Source of the DNA: Elusimicrobiota bacterium
Lineage (GTDB): Bacteria > Elusimicrobiota > Elusimicrobia > F11
Assembly: GCA_046153645.1 (NCBI GenBank)
Contig: JBJXGI010000063.1
Coordinates: forward strand, 1 to 57,110
Length of the DNA stretch: 57,110 bases
Direction of reading: 5' to 3'
This document shows, piece by piece, positions 19,338-29,142 of the stretch (position 1 is its first letter; every line of letters begins with the position of its first letter). The notes beneath the pieces were generated by a model, which worked only from the letters and a program-made list of their open reading frames with translations, did not search any database and was not told the DNA's origin. The position numbers and the translations under genes are program-made.

Positions 19338-19799
19338 ATGATGAAATATAAAATACTTATTATTGAAGATGATGAAGATACTGCCACTATTCAATCTCTT
19401 TCGTTAGCTCCCCTGGGATTTGACGTGGAAATCATTAATCATGGGAATAAAGCCCTCCTCTTTATTAAACAATGGCAACCTGACATCCTCATTTTAGATT
19501 TGGAACTTCCTGGGAAATCGGGAGTCGAAATTCTCCAAGAACTATCGAAAGAAACAGAATTCAACCAAATGATTATTATTGCCAATACCATACATATGGA
19601 TATAAAAGATGATTTGGGCTTTTCATACTATACCCACTTTTTGAAATGGAAAAATAAAGAACCCACAATGATAAACAAATTATCCAGAGATGAATCAAAA
19701 AGGGCTGACATTCGACATGTTATCGCCACCATGTTAATGGAAAAATTCGGAGTTCTTCCCCCCGCTTTTTCTCAGTGGCTAAAATTAAACCCGGCGTAA
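19338..19799 (+). CDS. Single-domain response regulator with atypical C-terminal half
   Basis: ILIIEDDED and PDILILDLELPGKSG; start placed at ATG 19338, just after the kinase stop. Confidence 0.85.
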   Translation: MMKYKILIIEDDEDTATIQSLSLAPLGFDVEIINHGNKALLFIKQWQPDILILDLELPGKSGVEILQELSKETEFNQMIIIANTIHMDIKDDLGFSYYTHFLKWKNKEPTMINKLSRDESKRADIRHVIATMLMEKFGVLPPAFSQWLKLNPA

Positions 19800-21779
19800 A
19801 CTCAACCGAATCCTAGACATTAAATCAGAAGGGGAAAAGGGTTTAACAATAAGGTCTATTTCGTCGTCTATTAAATCGGACTTAACCACCTCATCATTGG
19901 TATAACCTGTCATAAACAAGATTGGTAATTTTTTGTTTTCTCTTTTTAACCGTCGGGCCAATTCCAGCCCTCCCATAAAGGGCATGACAAGATCTGTCAA
20001 TAAAAAGTCGATATCTGTTGTTTTCTGGCGAAACAATTCAAATGCTTCTTTTCCATTAGAAGCCTCAATAACGGTATAGCCGTTTTCGAGCAAAAGTCTT
20101 TTGGTTAAACGCCGGACAGATTCTTCATCTTCAACCAAAAGAATAGTTTCTGATCCACGAAAATTAGATGTTTTTTTTAATTTTGGCTTTCGTGGTCTAA
20201 CCGTCATGGCTTGTTGGGGTAAATAAATATCAAATTGACTCCCAGAACCCACTCGACTTGTTACATGAATATGTCCTTGACTCTGATTAATGATTCCATA
20301 AACAGTGGACAGTCCCAATCCCGTTCCTTTCCCTTGCTCTTTGGTGGTATAAAAAGGTTCAAAAATGTTTTTCAATATTTCCGGACTCATCCCCATACCT
20401 GTATCTATAACACTAAGAAGAACATAGGCTCCAACGGGAATGTTGGGAGGAGAATCTTTAACAGAAATGTTTTTCGTGATAAGTCTGACCACCCCCCCTT
20501 TTGGCATGGCATCACGCGCGTTCACCACTAAATTAACAATCACCTGCTCCATTTGCCCCACATCGACAAACACGGGGCACAAATTAGCCTCCGTCTCTAT
20601 TATTAATTGCACGTCTTCTCCAATTAACCGTTGCAACATTTTGCTTAAACTCAATAAAACAGAATTCACATGAACCATTTTTGGTTGGAGTAATTGTTGA
20701 CGACCAAAGGCAAGCAACTGTCGAGTCAAATCAGTTGCGCGAAGGGCGGTTTTTTTAATTTCATTAACATCATCTAAAATATTTTTATATTTAGAAGAAG
20801 AAAGTAAAAACTCGCTATAACCAATAATAGCGGTTAACAGATTATTGAAATCGTGAGCAACCCCTCCAGCCAAACGACCAATGGCTTCCATCTTTTGTGC
20901 TTGCACCAGTTGTTGTTCGCTTTTTTTAAGGGCCGCTTCGGTTAATTTATGATCGGTGACATCAAAAGCAATACAGCGAAGGCCAATTGGTTTTTTCTCA
21001 GTGTCATATACACAGGAGCCTGGGAGATCAACCCAAATAGACTGTCCATTTTTTTTGGACCAACGAAATGACGCGTAAGCTTCCCCATTTTTTCGAATTG
21101 ACTGTAAAAATTCTTTTGCCAACTTTTTATCTTCTTTAACAACAATTTCTTTCCAGAAGCAGGATGAGGAAAACCAATCTTTTTCGTCATATCCCGTTAT
21201 TGCTTTTAAATTTTTGCTGACAAAATTAAGCTGTTGAGACGAAATATCAATTTGGTCCCAAGATTCCCAAACAACACCGGGGATATTGCTGACCAAATTG
21301 GAAAAACGCTTACGCTCATGGTCAATTTGATTCAAAAAGCGCTCTTGTTTTTCTTCGTCTTTTCTTTTATCAGTCACATCACTGAAAACCATCATAACCC
21401 CTTCAACCTTTCCGGCAGTACTTTTTAAGGGCGCGGTTGAAACACTTAAGTGTATTAACCTTTGGTTTTTTCTAAGACGGGTTATTTGTATTTCTTTTTG
21501 TATTTCATTTTTTAGACTAGAAGCCAATAACCAAAAATGTTCCGTTTTTTTATCAGCAGGAACAAATGGAATAGGTTTAGATAAGACTTCTTTTTTAGAC
21601 CAACCCAACATCTTTTCAGCGGCAGGGTTCCACGAAGTAACGCATCCAGATAAATCCAAAGAAATAATAGCAACGGGAGCCGATTCAAGGAGAGCTTGAA
21701 GTGAACGGTGAGCCTGACCCAAATCAATCGGAAAGGAAGTGGGGGAATTTTTTAATAAATTAATCACGTTAGGTACCAA
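19785..21779 (-). CDS. PAS-PAS hybrid sensor kinase/response regulator (CckA-like)
   Basis: QAQKMEAIGRLAGGVAHDFNNLL, NLVVNARDAM, FEPFYTTK..GKGTGLGL and a C-terminal receiver. Confidence 0.95.
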   Translation of the reverse strand: MVPNVINLLKNSPTSFPIDLGQAHRSLQALLESAPVAIISLDLSGCVTSWNPAAEKMLGWSKKEVLSKPIPFVPADKKTEHFWLLASSLKNEIQKEIQITRLRKNQRLIHLSVSTAPLKSTAGKVEGVMMVFSDVTDKRKDEEKQERFLNQIDHERKRFSNLVSNIPGVVWESWDQIDISSQQLNFVSKNLKAITGYDEKDWFSSSCFWKEIVVKEDKKLAKEFLQSIRKNGEAYASFRWSKKNGQSIWVDLPGSCVYDTEKKPIGLRCIAFDVTDHKLTEAALKKSEQQLVQAQKMEAIGRLAGGVAHDFNNLLTAIIGYSEFLLSSSKYKNILDDVNEIKKTALRATDLTRQLLAFGRQQLLQPKMVHVNSVLLSLSKMLQRLIGEDVQLIIETEANLCPVFVDVGQMEQVIVNLVVNARDAMPKGGVVRLITKNISVKDSPPNIPVGAYVLLSVIDTGMGMSPEILKNIFEPFYTTKEQGKGTGLGLSTVYGIINQSQGHIHVTSRVGSGSQFDIYLPQQAMTVRPRKPKLKKTSNFRGSETILLVEDEESVRRLTKRLLLENGYTVIEASNGKEAFELFRQKTTDIDFLLTDLVMPFMGGLELARRLKRENKKLPILFMTGYTNDEVVKSDLIDDEIDLIVKPFSPSDLMSRIRLSLRRV

Positions 21780-21820
21780 AAGTATTTAAGTCTAAGATAA
21801 CATTCTTATTTTGACATAAA

Positions 21821-23692
21821 TTATTTAAAAATTCCTTTCAGCTGATCAACTTCATCTGTAAGACCAAATTTCTTCATCAAATCAGAACCAAGATTTGATT
21901 TTTTAAGGCTATCTATTAATTTTTCTTTTACTTGAGACACGTCTAAACTTACAACAGGGTTTCCCATCGTTCCCGTTATTTTCATTTTAATCGCAGGAAC
22001 ACCCGAATCATTCTTTAATAGTTGCCCCACCGTTCCACGTAAAGTTTCAGAACTGGTTTTTATTTCAGCTGTCATTTTTACAGACTGAAGCCCAAACAAC
22101 TGAACAGTCCCTTGAGCAGAGGCAGAAATATCTCCATTCAAATTAAATTTTTGAATAGCCATGACACCCGATTTAAAAAGATAATTTCCTTCGATACTTG
22201 AATACTTCAAATGATCCAATGATGGCAACGACACCATCTTTCCACCAGCCTTATTCAATTTTTGCAAAACCGCTAACGGAGACAAAAATATTTTGGCAAC
22301 AGAAGAGCTTTCCACAAACTTTTTTAAATTTACAATTTCTCCCGCGCCATAATTCAAAGTCGCCGAGCCAGACAGTTTAGACAAACCAGAGGTCAGCTGA
22401 TTTAAATCCCACGATAATAAGGCCTGATCAGATGTTATGTAATTAGAAACTAACCTTTTAATATCCAAATCTCCTTTTAATGCCATCACATCGGAGGAAC
22501 CCTTAAACGTTGTTTGTAATTTCGCTAAACCTTTTAGTTCATAGGGTTTGATAGCCGGGACATAAACAGCTAATTGTTGTAAATCCATTTCGTTGGATTC
22601 GATGGTTAAATCTAATGGCGAGGCCACTAAACCTTGGGTATCTATCTCGATATTTTCAATTTTGAATTTAGAATTTTTAATCTTAACATCATTATTTTTA
22701 AGAAGATCCACATCAAATTGGAGTGAAGATGGCACAAGGGCGGGCTTTATAAACTTTTCTGGCGCTTCCAATGACACTTGATCCAACACAAGGTTTCCCT
22801 TCAACGACAATTGGTCGAGCGCACCCACAACATCTGATTGGCCAGACAACAAACCTTTCATTTTCATTGAAGACACTGGGACACCTAATTTACCCAATAA
22901 ATCCAAATCAAATTCTTCCAAATTAAAACGAAGCCCCAACTGCGGTTTTTCTAAAAAAGATTTAATATCGCCAGTTATGGTGGCCTTTATTTCTTTTCCG
23001 GAAATGGTCCACTTCGGGAAAAACAGATCTTTGGAAAATAAATTAAGTTTAATTTGGCCTTTATTATTTAACTGAAAACCGCGGGCAATCAAATCAAAAT
23101 CCGCATCCAACGTCATAGGAAAATCAAGTGAAAAACCATTTATATTTAAATTTAAATCTTTCAATTCAGCTGAATTTTTAGGGTTTTCCAAATCAATATA
23201 ATGAATATTTCCTAAGGCAACTCGAATATGTGAAATGAGAAACAAAAGCGGCTTTGACAATTCTGCTGAGGGTAGGGATGAGGAAGGTTCAGATGAAGAG
23301 GCTGTTAAATCAGAAAAATTATATTCCCCTTTCGCGTTTAATTTAACGACATACAACGTGGGATGAACCAAGGCCACTTCTTTTACACTTATTTTTTTAC
23401 TCAAAAGTGGCAACCAATGCAATTGAATTTTTAACTCATCGACGGAAAAAAATAAGTCCTCTTTTTTCAGCCGTTCTGAGAGCCGAATATTTTTGACACT
23501 AATGCCATCTTGAAGCCCCACATGAATCGGGCCAAGAACCACGGATCGGTTGAGTTTTTGTGATGCCACTTGCTCCAAATAACTTTTTACTCTTTCAGGG
23601 GTAACAAAAATTTTAAATACCACAGCCATTGCGATTAGAAAAAATCCCAAAAAAACCATCAAAAATAAAAACACCTTAAATATTTTTTTCAT
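21821..23692 (-). CDS. AsmA family protein
   Basis: N-terminal anchor, LHWLPLLSKKISVKEVALVHP...GEYNFSDL, C-terminal ITGTMGNP. Confidence 0.88.
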   Translation of the reverse strand: MKKIFKVFLFLMVFLGFFLIAMAVVFKIFVTPERVKSYLEQVASQKLNRSVVLGPIHVGLQDGISVKNIRLSERLKKEDLFFSVDELKIQLHWLPLLSKKISVKEVALVHPTLYVVKLNAKGEYNFSDLTASSSEPSSSLPSAELSKPLLFLISHIRVALGNIHYIDLENPKNSAELKDLNLNINGFSLDFPMTLDADFDLIARGFQLNNKGQIKLNLFSKDLFFPKWTISGKEIKATITGDIKSFLEKPQLGLRFNLEEFDLDLLGKLGVPVSSMKMKGLLSGQSDVVGALDQLSLKGNLVLDQVSLEAPEKFIKPALVPSSLQFDVDLLKNNDVKIKNSKFKIENIEIDTQGLVASPLDLTIESNEMDLQQLAVYVPAIKPYELKGLAKLQTTFKGSSDVMALKGDLDIKRLVSNYITSDQALLSWDLNQLTSGLSKLSGSATLNYGAGEIVNLKKFVESSSVAKIFLSPLAVLQKLNKAGGKMVSLPSLDHLKYSSIEGNYLFKSGVMAIQKFNLNGDISASAQGTVQLFGLQSVKMTAEIKTSSETLRGTVGQLLKNDSGVPAIKMKITGTMGNPVVSLDVSQVKEKLIDSLKKSNLGSDLMKKFGLTDEVDQLKGIFK

Positions 23693-23772
23693 TTCGTTTC
23701 ATTCCTTCGATAGAACAGATGAACCACACAGGGTGTTCGATTTTAGGGGATATCGTTGAACGGTGCAATCAT

Positions 23773-23811
23773 AAAAAAGCCCACACTAAGTTTACTAGTG
23801 CGGGCTTTTTT
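23773..23811 (-). terminator. Intrinsic terminator after nrdJ
   Basis: Minus strand GCCCGCACUA/UAGUGUGGGC stem followed by U6; the G-U pair forms only on the minus strand. Confidence 0.85.
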
Positions 23812-23844
23812 AGATCTTAATTTTACTGGGATAACGTTGAATTC

Positions 23845-26800
23845 TTACGAACAACCAGAGGTAGCACCACAGGTGTTACATTTAAGACAGGTGCCGTTTC
23901 GAACCATGGTGAACTGACCACATTCGCGGCAGGGGTCCCCTTCGTAACCTTTCATTTTAGCTTCCTGAACTTTGCGACTCACTCCTTCTGTACGAGAAGA
24001 ACCGCGCATAGAAGTAGGGCTTAAGGGAGGGGCCACAGCAACAGAAGCATGTCCACTTTCCATAGTCTCTGAATTAATGAGACGAGGTGTCGTTGGAGTG
24101 GAAACAGCAGAGGCCTCTACTTTAGGGTTAGAAATATCTAACTTTTCTATTTTTTCTGTATTTCCTTCTTCGTGATTAAGATGTGTAGAACGAGGAGAGG
24201 TGAATTTAAAAGGAGAGGGTTCTCTAAAAGGAACAATCCGTTCAAACATAACCTCCTCTGATTCAAATTCCACATTTTTTCGAACAGAATCACCTTGGAG
24301 ATCTTCCAATTTCACCTGAGCAAGATCTTGTCGATCAAGATAGGTGATCGCAAGCTCACGGAAAATATAATCGATAATTGAAGTGGACATTTTAATGCGT
24401 GGGTTGCCATTAACCATTCCATTGGGTTCAAACTTAGTGAACACAAAGGCTTCAACAAACTCTTCCAATGGGACGCCATGTTGAAAACCCAACGATATCG
24501 CGATCGCAAAACAATTCATAAGACTTCGGAAGGCGGCCCCTTCTTTATGCATGTCAAGAAAAAGTTCTCCCACGGTTCCATCTTCATATTCGCCGGTTCG
24601 AATATAAACGGTGTGCCCGCCAATTTTGGCTTTTTGTGTGTAACCCGCGCGTCGATCTGGTAAACGACGGCGTTTGGCAATATATCGGTGAACAATTTTC
24701 TCCGCCACTTGAAGCGGTGTGGAAGGAACTTCAGTGGAAGTGGGCATATCATCAACTTGATCAGAAGAAGTATTTAAAGGCTGACTAAGTTTCGAACCAT
24801 CACGATAAAGAGCATTGGCTTTAATCATATACTTCCAAGAATCAGCATAAGCCGCTTTTATGTCTTCAACAGTGGCATCTGACGGGAAATTAATGGTTTT
24901 AGAAATGGCGCCGGAAATAAAAGGCTGAGCCGCCCCCATCGCACGAATATGGGCCGAAGGAGAAATAAAACGTTTCCCTTTGGTTCCGCATTTATTAGCG
25001 CAATCAAACACAGCCAAATGTTCCTGTTTTAAATGAGGAGCGCCTTCTAACATCATGGTTCCACAAACAAATTCATTGGACTCTGCAATTTGTTCGCCCG
25101 TAAAACCAAGGAACTTCAACATGTTGAAGTTCCAATCATTGAGTTGAGCCGCAGGAATATGGAGGTTCTTAACACAGAACTCTTCACCGACAGAGAACTT
25201 ATTAAAAGCAAAGTTAATATCGAAAGTCTGAGGTAAACCTTCTTCTACTTTGGCAATCACTTCATCCGTAAAACCTTTGGCTTTTAAACTTTCCACATTG
25301 ATATGAGGACAACCTTTCAAAGAACCGCTGCCTCGGCAATATTGAATGATATCGTCAATTTGTTTTTGGCTATAACCCAATTTTTCAAGCGCAGGAGGAA
25401 TAGAGGAATTAATAATTTTAAAATATCCCCCTCCAGCCAGTTTCTTAAATTTCACAAGCGCGAAATCAGGTTCGATACCAGTGGTATCACAGTCCATCAC
25501 AAGTCCGATGGTTCCAGTGGGCGCAATAACGGTGACTTGGGCATTACGATATCCAAAGGGTTCCATGTCTACAGCACGATCAGAATCTTCTTGAGCTGCT
25601 TTCAATAAATCAGGAGGGCAGAACTTTGGATCAATACCGAGAGGCGTAATAGTGAGACCTTCATATTCTTTTGGATCTGCATTATAAGCGGCTCGGCGAT
25701 GATTTCGAAGAACACGCGCCATCGCTTCTCGATTGGCGTAATATCGTGGGAAGGGACCTTTCACTTGAGACATTTCTGCTGAAGTTGAATAGGCTGTCAT
25801 GTGCATAATGGCGGTTAAAGCGCCGCAAATGGCCAAGGCTTCTTTAGAATCATACGGAATGCTATTCACCATTAAATAGGCGCCTAGATTAGCGTAACCT
25901 AAACCTAAGGTTCTAAAATCATAAGACTTCTGCGCAATATCATGACTGGGGAATTGAGCCATCAGCACACTAATCTCAAGTGTAATGGTCCATAACCGAG
26001 AGGTATGACGATATCCTTCAATATCAAACTTGCCGCTCTGAGCGTCATGGAATTTCATGAGATTGATGGAGGCTAAATTACAAGCGGTATCATCCAAAAA
26101 CATGTACTCGCTACAAGGATTGGAAGCATTGATACGACCATCTTCAGGGCAAGTATGCCATTCGTTAATGGTGGTATCATATTGGAGACCAGGATCAGCG
26201 CAGGACCAAGCGGCATAAGAAATTTCATCCCATAACTGACGCGCTTTAATGGTTTTACACGGATTGGGCTCTCGATTTTCTCGAGCCGCTTTTGTTTTTT
26301 CAACACGCCATACCAAATTCCATTCATCATCGTTCTCAACGGCTTCCATAAAAGCATTGGTGACACGCAATGAATTATTGGAATTTTGACCAGAAACAGT
26401 GACATAAGCATCTGAATTCCAATCGGTGTTATAAACAGGGAATCTTATTTCCTTAACACCCTGCTGAGCTAACGCCAAGGCACGTTCCACATAACTACCA
26501 GGAACACTAGAAACAGAGGCAACACGTAAGGCCGCAGAAAGCCTGGTATTTTTTTTGCGATCAAACTTTTCGGACTCTTCAGGCCAACTGTGAACCGCTT
26601 TCATAATTTCGTTTAGGCTTTTTTCACAGATTTTGGAACCAGTAACAAGCGCGGCAACCTTCTGTTCTTCGATGACTTTCCAATTAATATATTCTTCAAC
26701 GTCTGGATGATCGACATCAAGTGTCACCATTTTAGCCGCACGACGAGTGGTGCCTCCTGACTTAATGGCTCCCGCCGATCGATCGCCAATACGTAAAAAA

Positions 26801-27615
26801 GACATGAGTCCAGATGATTTTCCACCACCGCTTAAAGGTTCACCAGAACCACGAATGGCAGAAAAATTAGAACCCGTTCCTGAACCATATTTAAAAATTC
26901 GCGCTTCACGAACCCATAAGTCCATGATGCCACCTTCATTAACTAAATCATCAGATACCGATTGAATAAAACAGGCATGTGGCTGTGGATGTTCATAAGC
27001 ATTAATGGAACGAGTCATTTGACCTGTTAAGGGATCTACAAAGTAATGACCCTGTGCTGGGCCCTCAATACCATAAGCCCAATGAAGACCTGTATTAAAC
27101 CATTGTGGTGAATTGGGAGCGCCCATTTGATTGGCTAAGGTGACAACCATCTCATTATAATAGGCAAGCGCATCTTCTTCGGAGGCAAAATAACCGTATT
27201 TAAAGCCCCAATAAGTCCAACAACCAGCCAAGCGGTGAAACACTTGAGCCGCATCTACTTCGGCTACAAATCGTTTATTATCAGCTATTTTGTCAAGTTC
27301 AGCCGTATCTGGAACCGATCGTTGAAGCCATTCGGGAATTCCACTTTCTTTTACTTTTTTTAAGATGGCTGGCACTCCGGCTCTTCTGAAGTATTTTTGA
27401 GCCAAAATATCGGTGGCCACCTGCGACCATTGATGAGGAACCCTGACATTATCCATTTTAAAAACAATGGAACCATCTGGATTACTAATAATAGAGCTTC
27501 GGAAATCCCAGTTAATGATCTCGTAAGGGTTTTGTCCCGCACGAGTAAACCGAGGGCTAATTTTTAAACCTTTTTTGTTTTTTGTGTTAGTTAGGGTTTG
27601 CATTGGCACAGTCAC
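23845..27615 (-). CDS. nrdJ: Class II (B12-dependent) ribonucleotide reductase with TSCPD domain and C-terminal Zn ribbon
   Basis: [37 protein letters not shown] and C-terminal CRECG...[14 protein letters not shown]. Confidence 0.97.
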   Translation of the reverse strand: MTVPMQTLTNTKNKKGLKISPRFTRAGQNPYEIINWDFRSSIISNPDGSIVFKMDNVRVPHQWSQVATDILAQKYFRRAGVPAILKKVKESGIPEWLQRSVPDTAELDKIADNKRFVAEVDAAQVFHRLAGCWTYWGFKYGYFASEEDALAYYNEMVVTLANQMGAPNSPQWFNTGLHWAYGIEGPAQGHYFVDPLTGQMTRSINAYEHPQPHACFIQSVSDDLVNEGGIMDLWVREARIFKYGSGTGSNFSAIRGSGEPLSGGGKSSGLMSFLRIGDRSAGAIKSGGTTRRAAKMVTLDVDHPDVEEYINWKVIEEQKVAALVTGSKICEKSLNEIMKAVHSWPEESEKFDRKKNTRLSAALRVASVSSVPGSYVERALALAQQGVKEIRFPVYNTDWNSDAYVTVSGQNSNNSLRVTNAFMEAVENDDEWNLVWRVEKTKAARENREPNPCKTIKARQLWDEISYAAWSCADPGLQYDTTINEWHTCPEDGRINASNPCSEYMFLDDTACNLASINLMKFHDAQSGKFDIEGYRHTSRLWTITLEISVLMAQFPSHDIAQKSYDFRTLGLGYANLGAYLMVNSIPYDSKEALAICGALTAIMHMTAYSTSAEMSQVKGPFPRYYANREAMARVLRNHRRAAYNADPKEYEGLTITPLGIDPKFCPPDLLKAAQEDSDRAVDMEPFGYRNAQVTVIAPTGTIGLVMDCDTTGIEPDFALVKFKKLAGGGYFKIINSSIPPALEKLGYSQKQIDDIIQYCRGSGSLKGCPHINVESLKAKGFTDEVIAKVEEGLPQTFDINFAFNKFSVGEEFCVKNLHIPAAQLNDWNFNMLKFLGFTGEQIAESNEFVCGTMMLEGAPHLKQEHLAVFDCANKCGTKGKRFISPSAHIRAMGAAQPFISGAISKTINFPSDATVEDIKAAYADSWKYMIKANALYRDGSKLSQPLNTSSDQVDDMPTSTEVPSTPLQVAEKIVHRYIAKRRRLPDRRAGYTQKAKIGGHTVYIRTGEYEDGTVGELFLDMHKEGAAFRSLMNCFAIAISLGFQHGVPLEEFVEAFVFTKFEPNGMVNGNPRIKMSTSIIDYIFRELAITYLDRQDLAQVKLEDLQGDSVRKNVEFESEEVMFERIVPFREPSPFKFTSPRSTHLNHEEGNTEKIEKLDISNPKVEASAVSTPTTPRLINSETMESGHASVAVAPPLSPTSMRGSSRTEGVSRKVQEAKMKGYEGDPCRECGQFTMVRNGTCLKCNTCGATSGCS

Positions 27616-27637
27616 ATTCCACCTTTGCCTGAAAATT

Positions 27638-27686
27638 TCACCACAAGTTGTGTGGGAGGTGTGTTATCTACCACAACATGTAGTTT
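27638..27686. promoter_or_regulatory. Tandem NrdR boxes
   Basis: Cores CCACAAGTTG (27641-27650) and CAACATGTAG (27674-27683) resemble the NrdR core CwAyATrTwG, 33 bp apart, directly upstream of nrdJ. Confidence 0.7.
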
Positions 27687-27800
27687 GTGTCAATTATTTT
27701 ATTCGCAGGAGAAAAAACGATTTTCATAGGGAAAAATCAACAAAATTAACATGTTGTATAATTTTGCTTCAAAAATTTTAAAAATAGAAAGGAGCTTACC

Positions 27801-29129
27801 ATCGACTCTATTCGCCCCCCCATTTTAGAGCCTCATAAGAAGCCCAAAAAAAGGTTGGGAATAGCGCTTTTTATCGGCAGTGTGTCCATCGCGTCTCTTG
27901 CCTTTCTCATTCATAAAAGCCCTTTAAAACCAAAACTTCCACTGAAGTTTGAACCTGAATATATTGTTGTAAAAGGAACCATCAAAGAAAATGACGTGTT
28001 GGCCAAAGTACTTCAAAAAAATGGTGTACATAATGAGCACGTTAATAAAATTTGTCAGGCCCTTAATAAAGTTTTTTCAATTGAAAAAATTCAACCAAAA
28101 AAAAATTTTGAAATTTACTTCTCCACAGATAAAATTTTTGACCATTTCATATACCGAATTGACCCCACTCAAGCTTATAGAGTTAATCGTTCCAGCAGCA
28201 ATACATTCAATGCTTTAGAAATGGTGGAACAAACGGTGTGGGTGGAGAAAAAAATTACCGTCACTGTTAAAAAATTTTTAGAAGTTGATTTAAGAGAAGC
28301 GGGGTATGACCCCAATCTCATAGATAACTTAACCTATGAACTAGGCGATTACGTGTTTGGTTGGCAAGTAGATTTCTTCTCCGAACAGCGCGTGGGTGAT
28401 AAACTAGAAGTTTTCTTAGAGCAGGAATATATTATTGGTCAAGATAAACCCATCCCTGGTGGAAAACATATGCGTATTTTGGCCGCTTCCTATTATGGGC
28501 AAGCCACCCGTCAAAAAGAAAATTATGGGATTCGCTTCCAACCAGAAGGACAAAAACGTCCTTCTTATTTTGACCGGGAAGGAAAAGCCCTTCAAAGGGT
28601 ATTTTTAAGAGCGCCATTCACCAAAGGAGTTTTTAGGGTATCTTCTGGTTTTAATAGAAAACGATTTCATCCCATCTTGAGAACCTATCGAGCTCATCAT
28701 GGAACTGATTATGCGGCTTCTGCTGGAACCCCGGTGGCGGCCATTGGGAAAGGAACTATTATCAGAGCCAGTTGGTATAAAGGATATGGCAATTGTATCG
28801 ACATTCGCCATAACGCGCGTTACGTGTCACGTTATGGTCACTTGTCAAAAATTGCTGTTAAAGTGGGACAAGCTGTGGATCAAGGTCGTTATATAGGAAA
28901 TGTAGGATCTACTGGATTATCAACCGGACCCCATTTACACTTTGAAATGTTGGTAGATGGAAGCCAAAGGAATTTTTTAGCGATGTCTTTTCCAGCGGCG
29001 TCTTCTCTTACCAAAGATCAAATGATAGCGTTTTCACCAGTTCGGGATGAGTTATTAGCCAAATTAAAAAGCGGATTAATTGAAGATCCCAAACAATTGG
29101 CTCAAATCTCCAACGAAAAAAACCTATAA
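27801..29129 (+). CDS. M23 family peptidoglycan endopeptidase (MepM/Csd3-like); probable ATC start
   Basis: RFHPIL..YRAHHGTDYA, YGHLS and GSTGLSTGPHLHFE; SD AAAGGAG sits 6 nt before the in-frame ATC at 27801. Confidence 0.9.
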   Translation: MDSIRPPILEPHKKPKKRLGIALFIGSVSIASLAFLIHKSPLKPKLPLKFEPEYIVVKGTIKENDVLAKVLQKNGVHNEHVNKICQALNKVFSIEKIQPKKNFEIYFSTDKIFDHFIYRIDPTQAYRVNRSSSNTFNALEMVEQTVWVEKKITVTVKKFLEVDLREAGYDPNLIDNLTYELGDYVFGWQVDFFSEQRVGDKLEVFLEQEYIIGQDKPIPGGKHMRILAASYYGQATRQKENYGIRFQPEGQKRPSYFDREGKALQRVFLRAPFTKGVFRVSSGFNRKRFHPILRTYRAHHGTDYAASAGTPVAAIGKGTIIRASWYKGYGNCIDIRHNARYVSRYGHLSKIAVKVGQAVDQGRYIGNVGSTGLSTGPHLHFEMLVDGSQRNFLAMSFPAASSLTKDQMIAFSPVRDELLAKLKSGLIEDPKQLAQISNEKNL

Positions 29130-29142
29130 GAAAGGAAACAGA

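Noticed and set aside
23845..27780. Intein or intron in nrdJ, or a cobalamin riboswitch upstream
   Set aside because: Catalytic motifs are contiguous, the length is explained by the TSCPD domain and linker, and I saw no B12-box in the short upstream region
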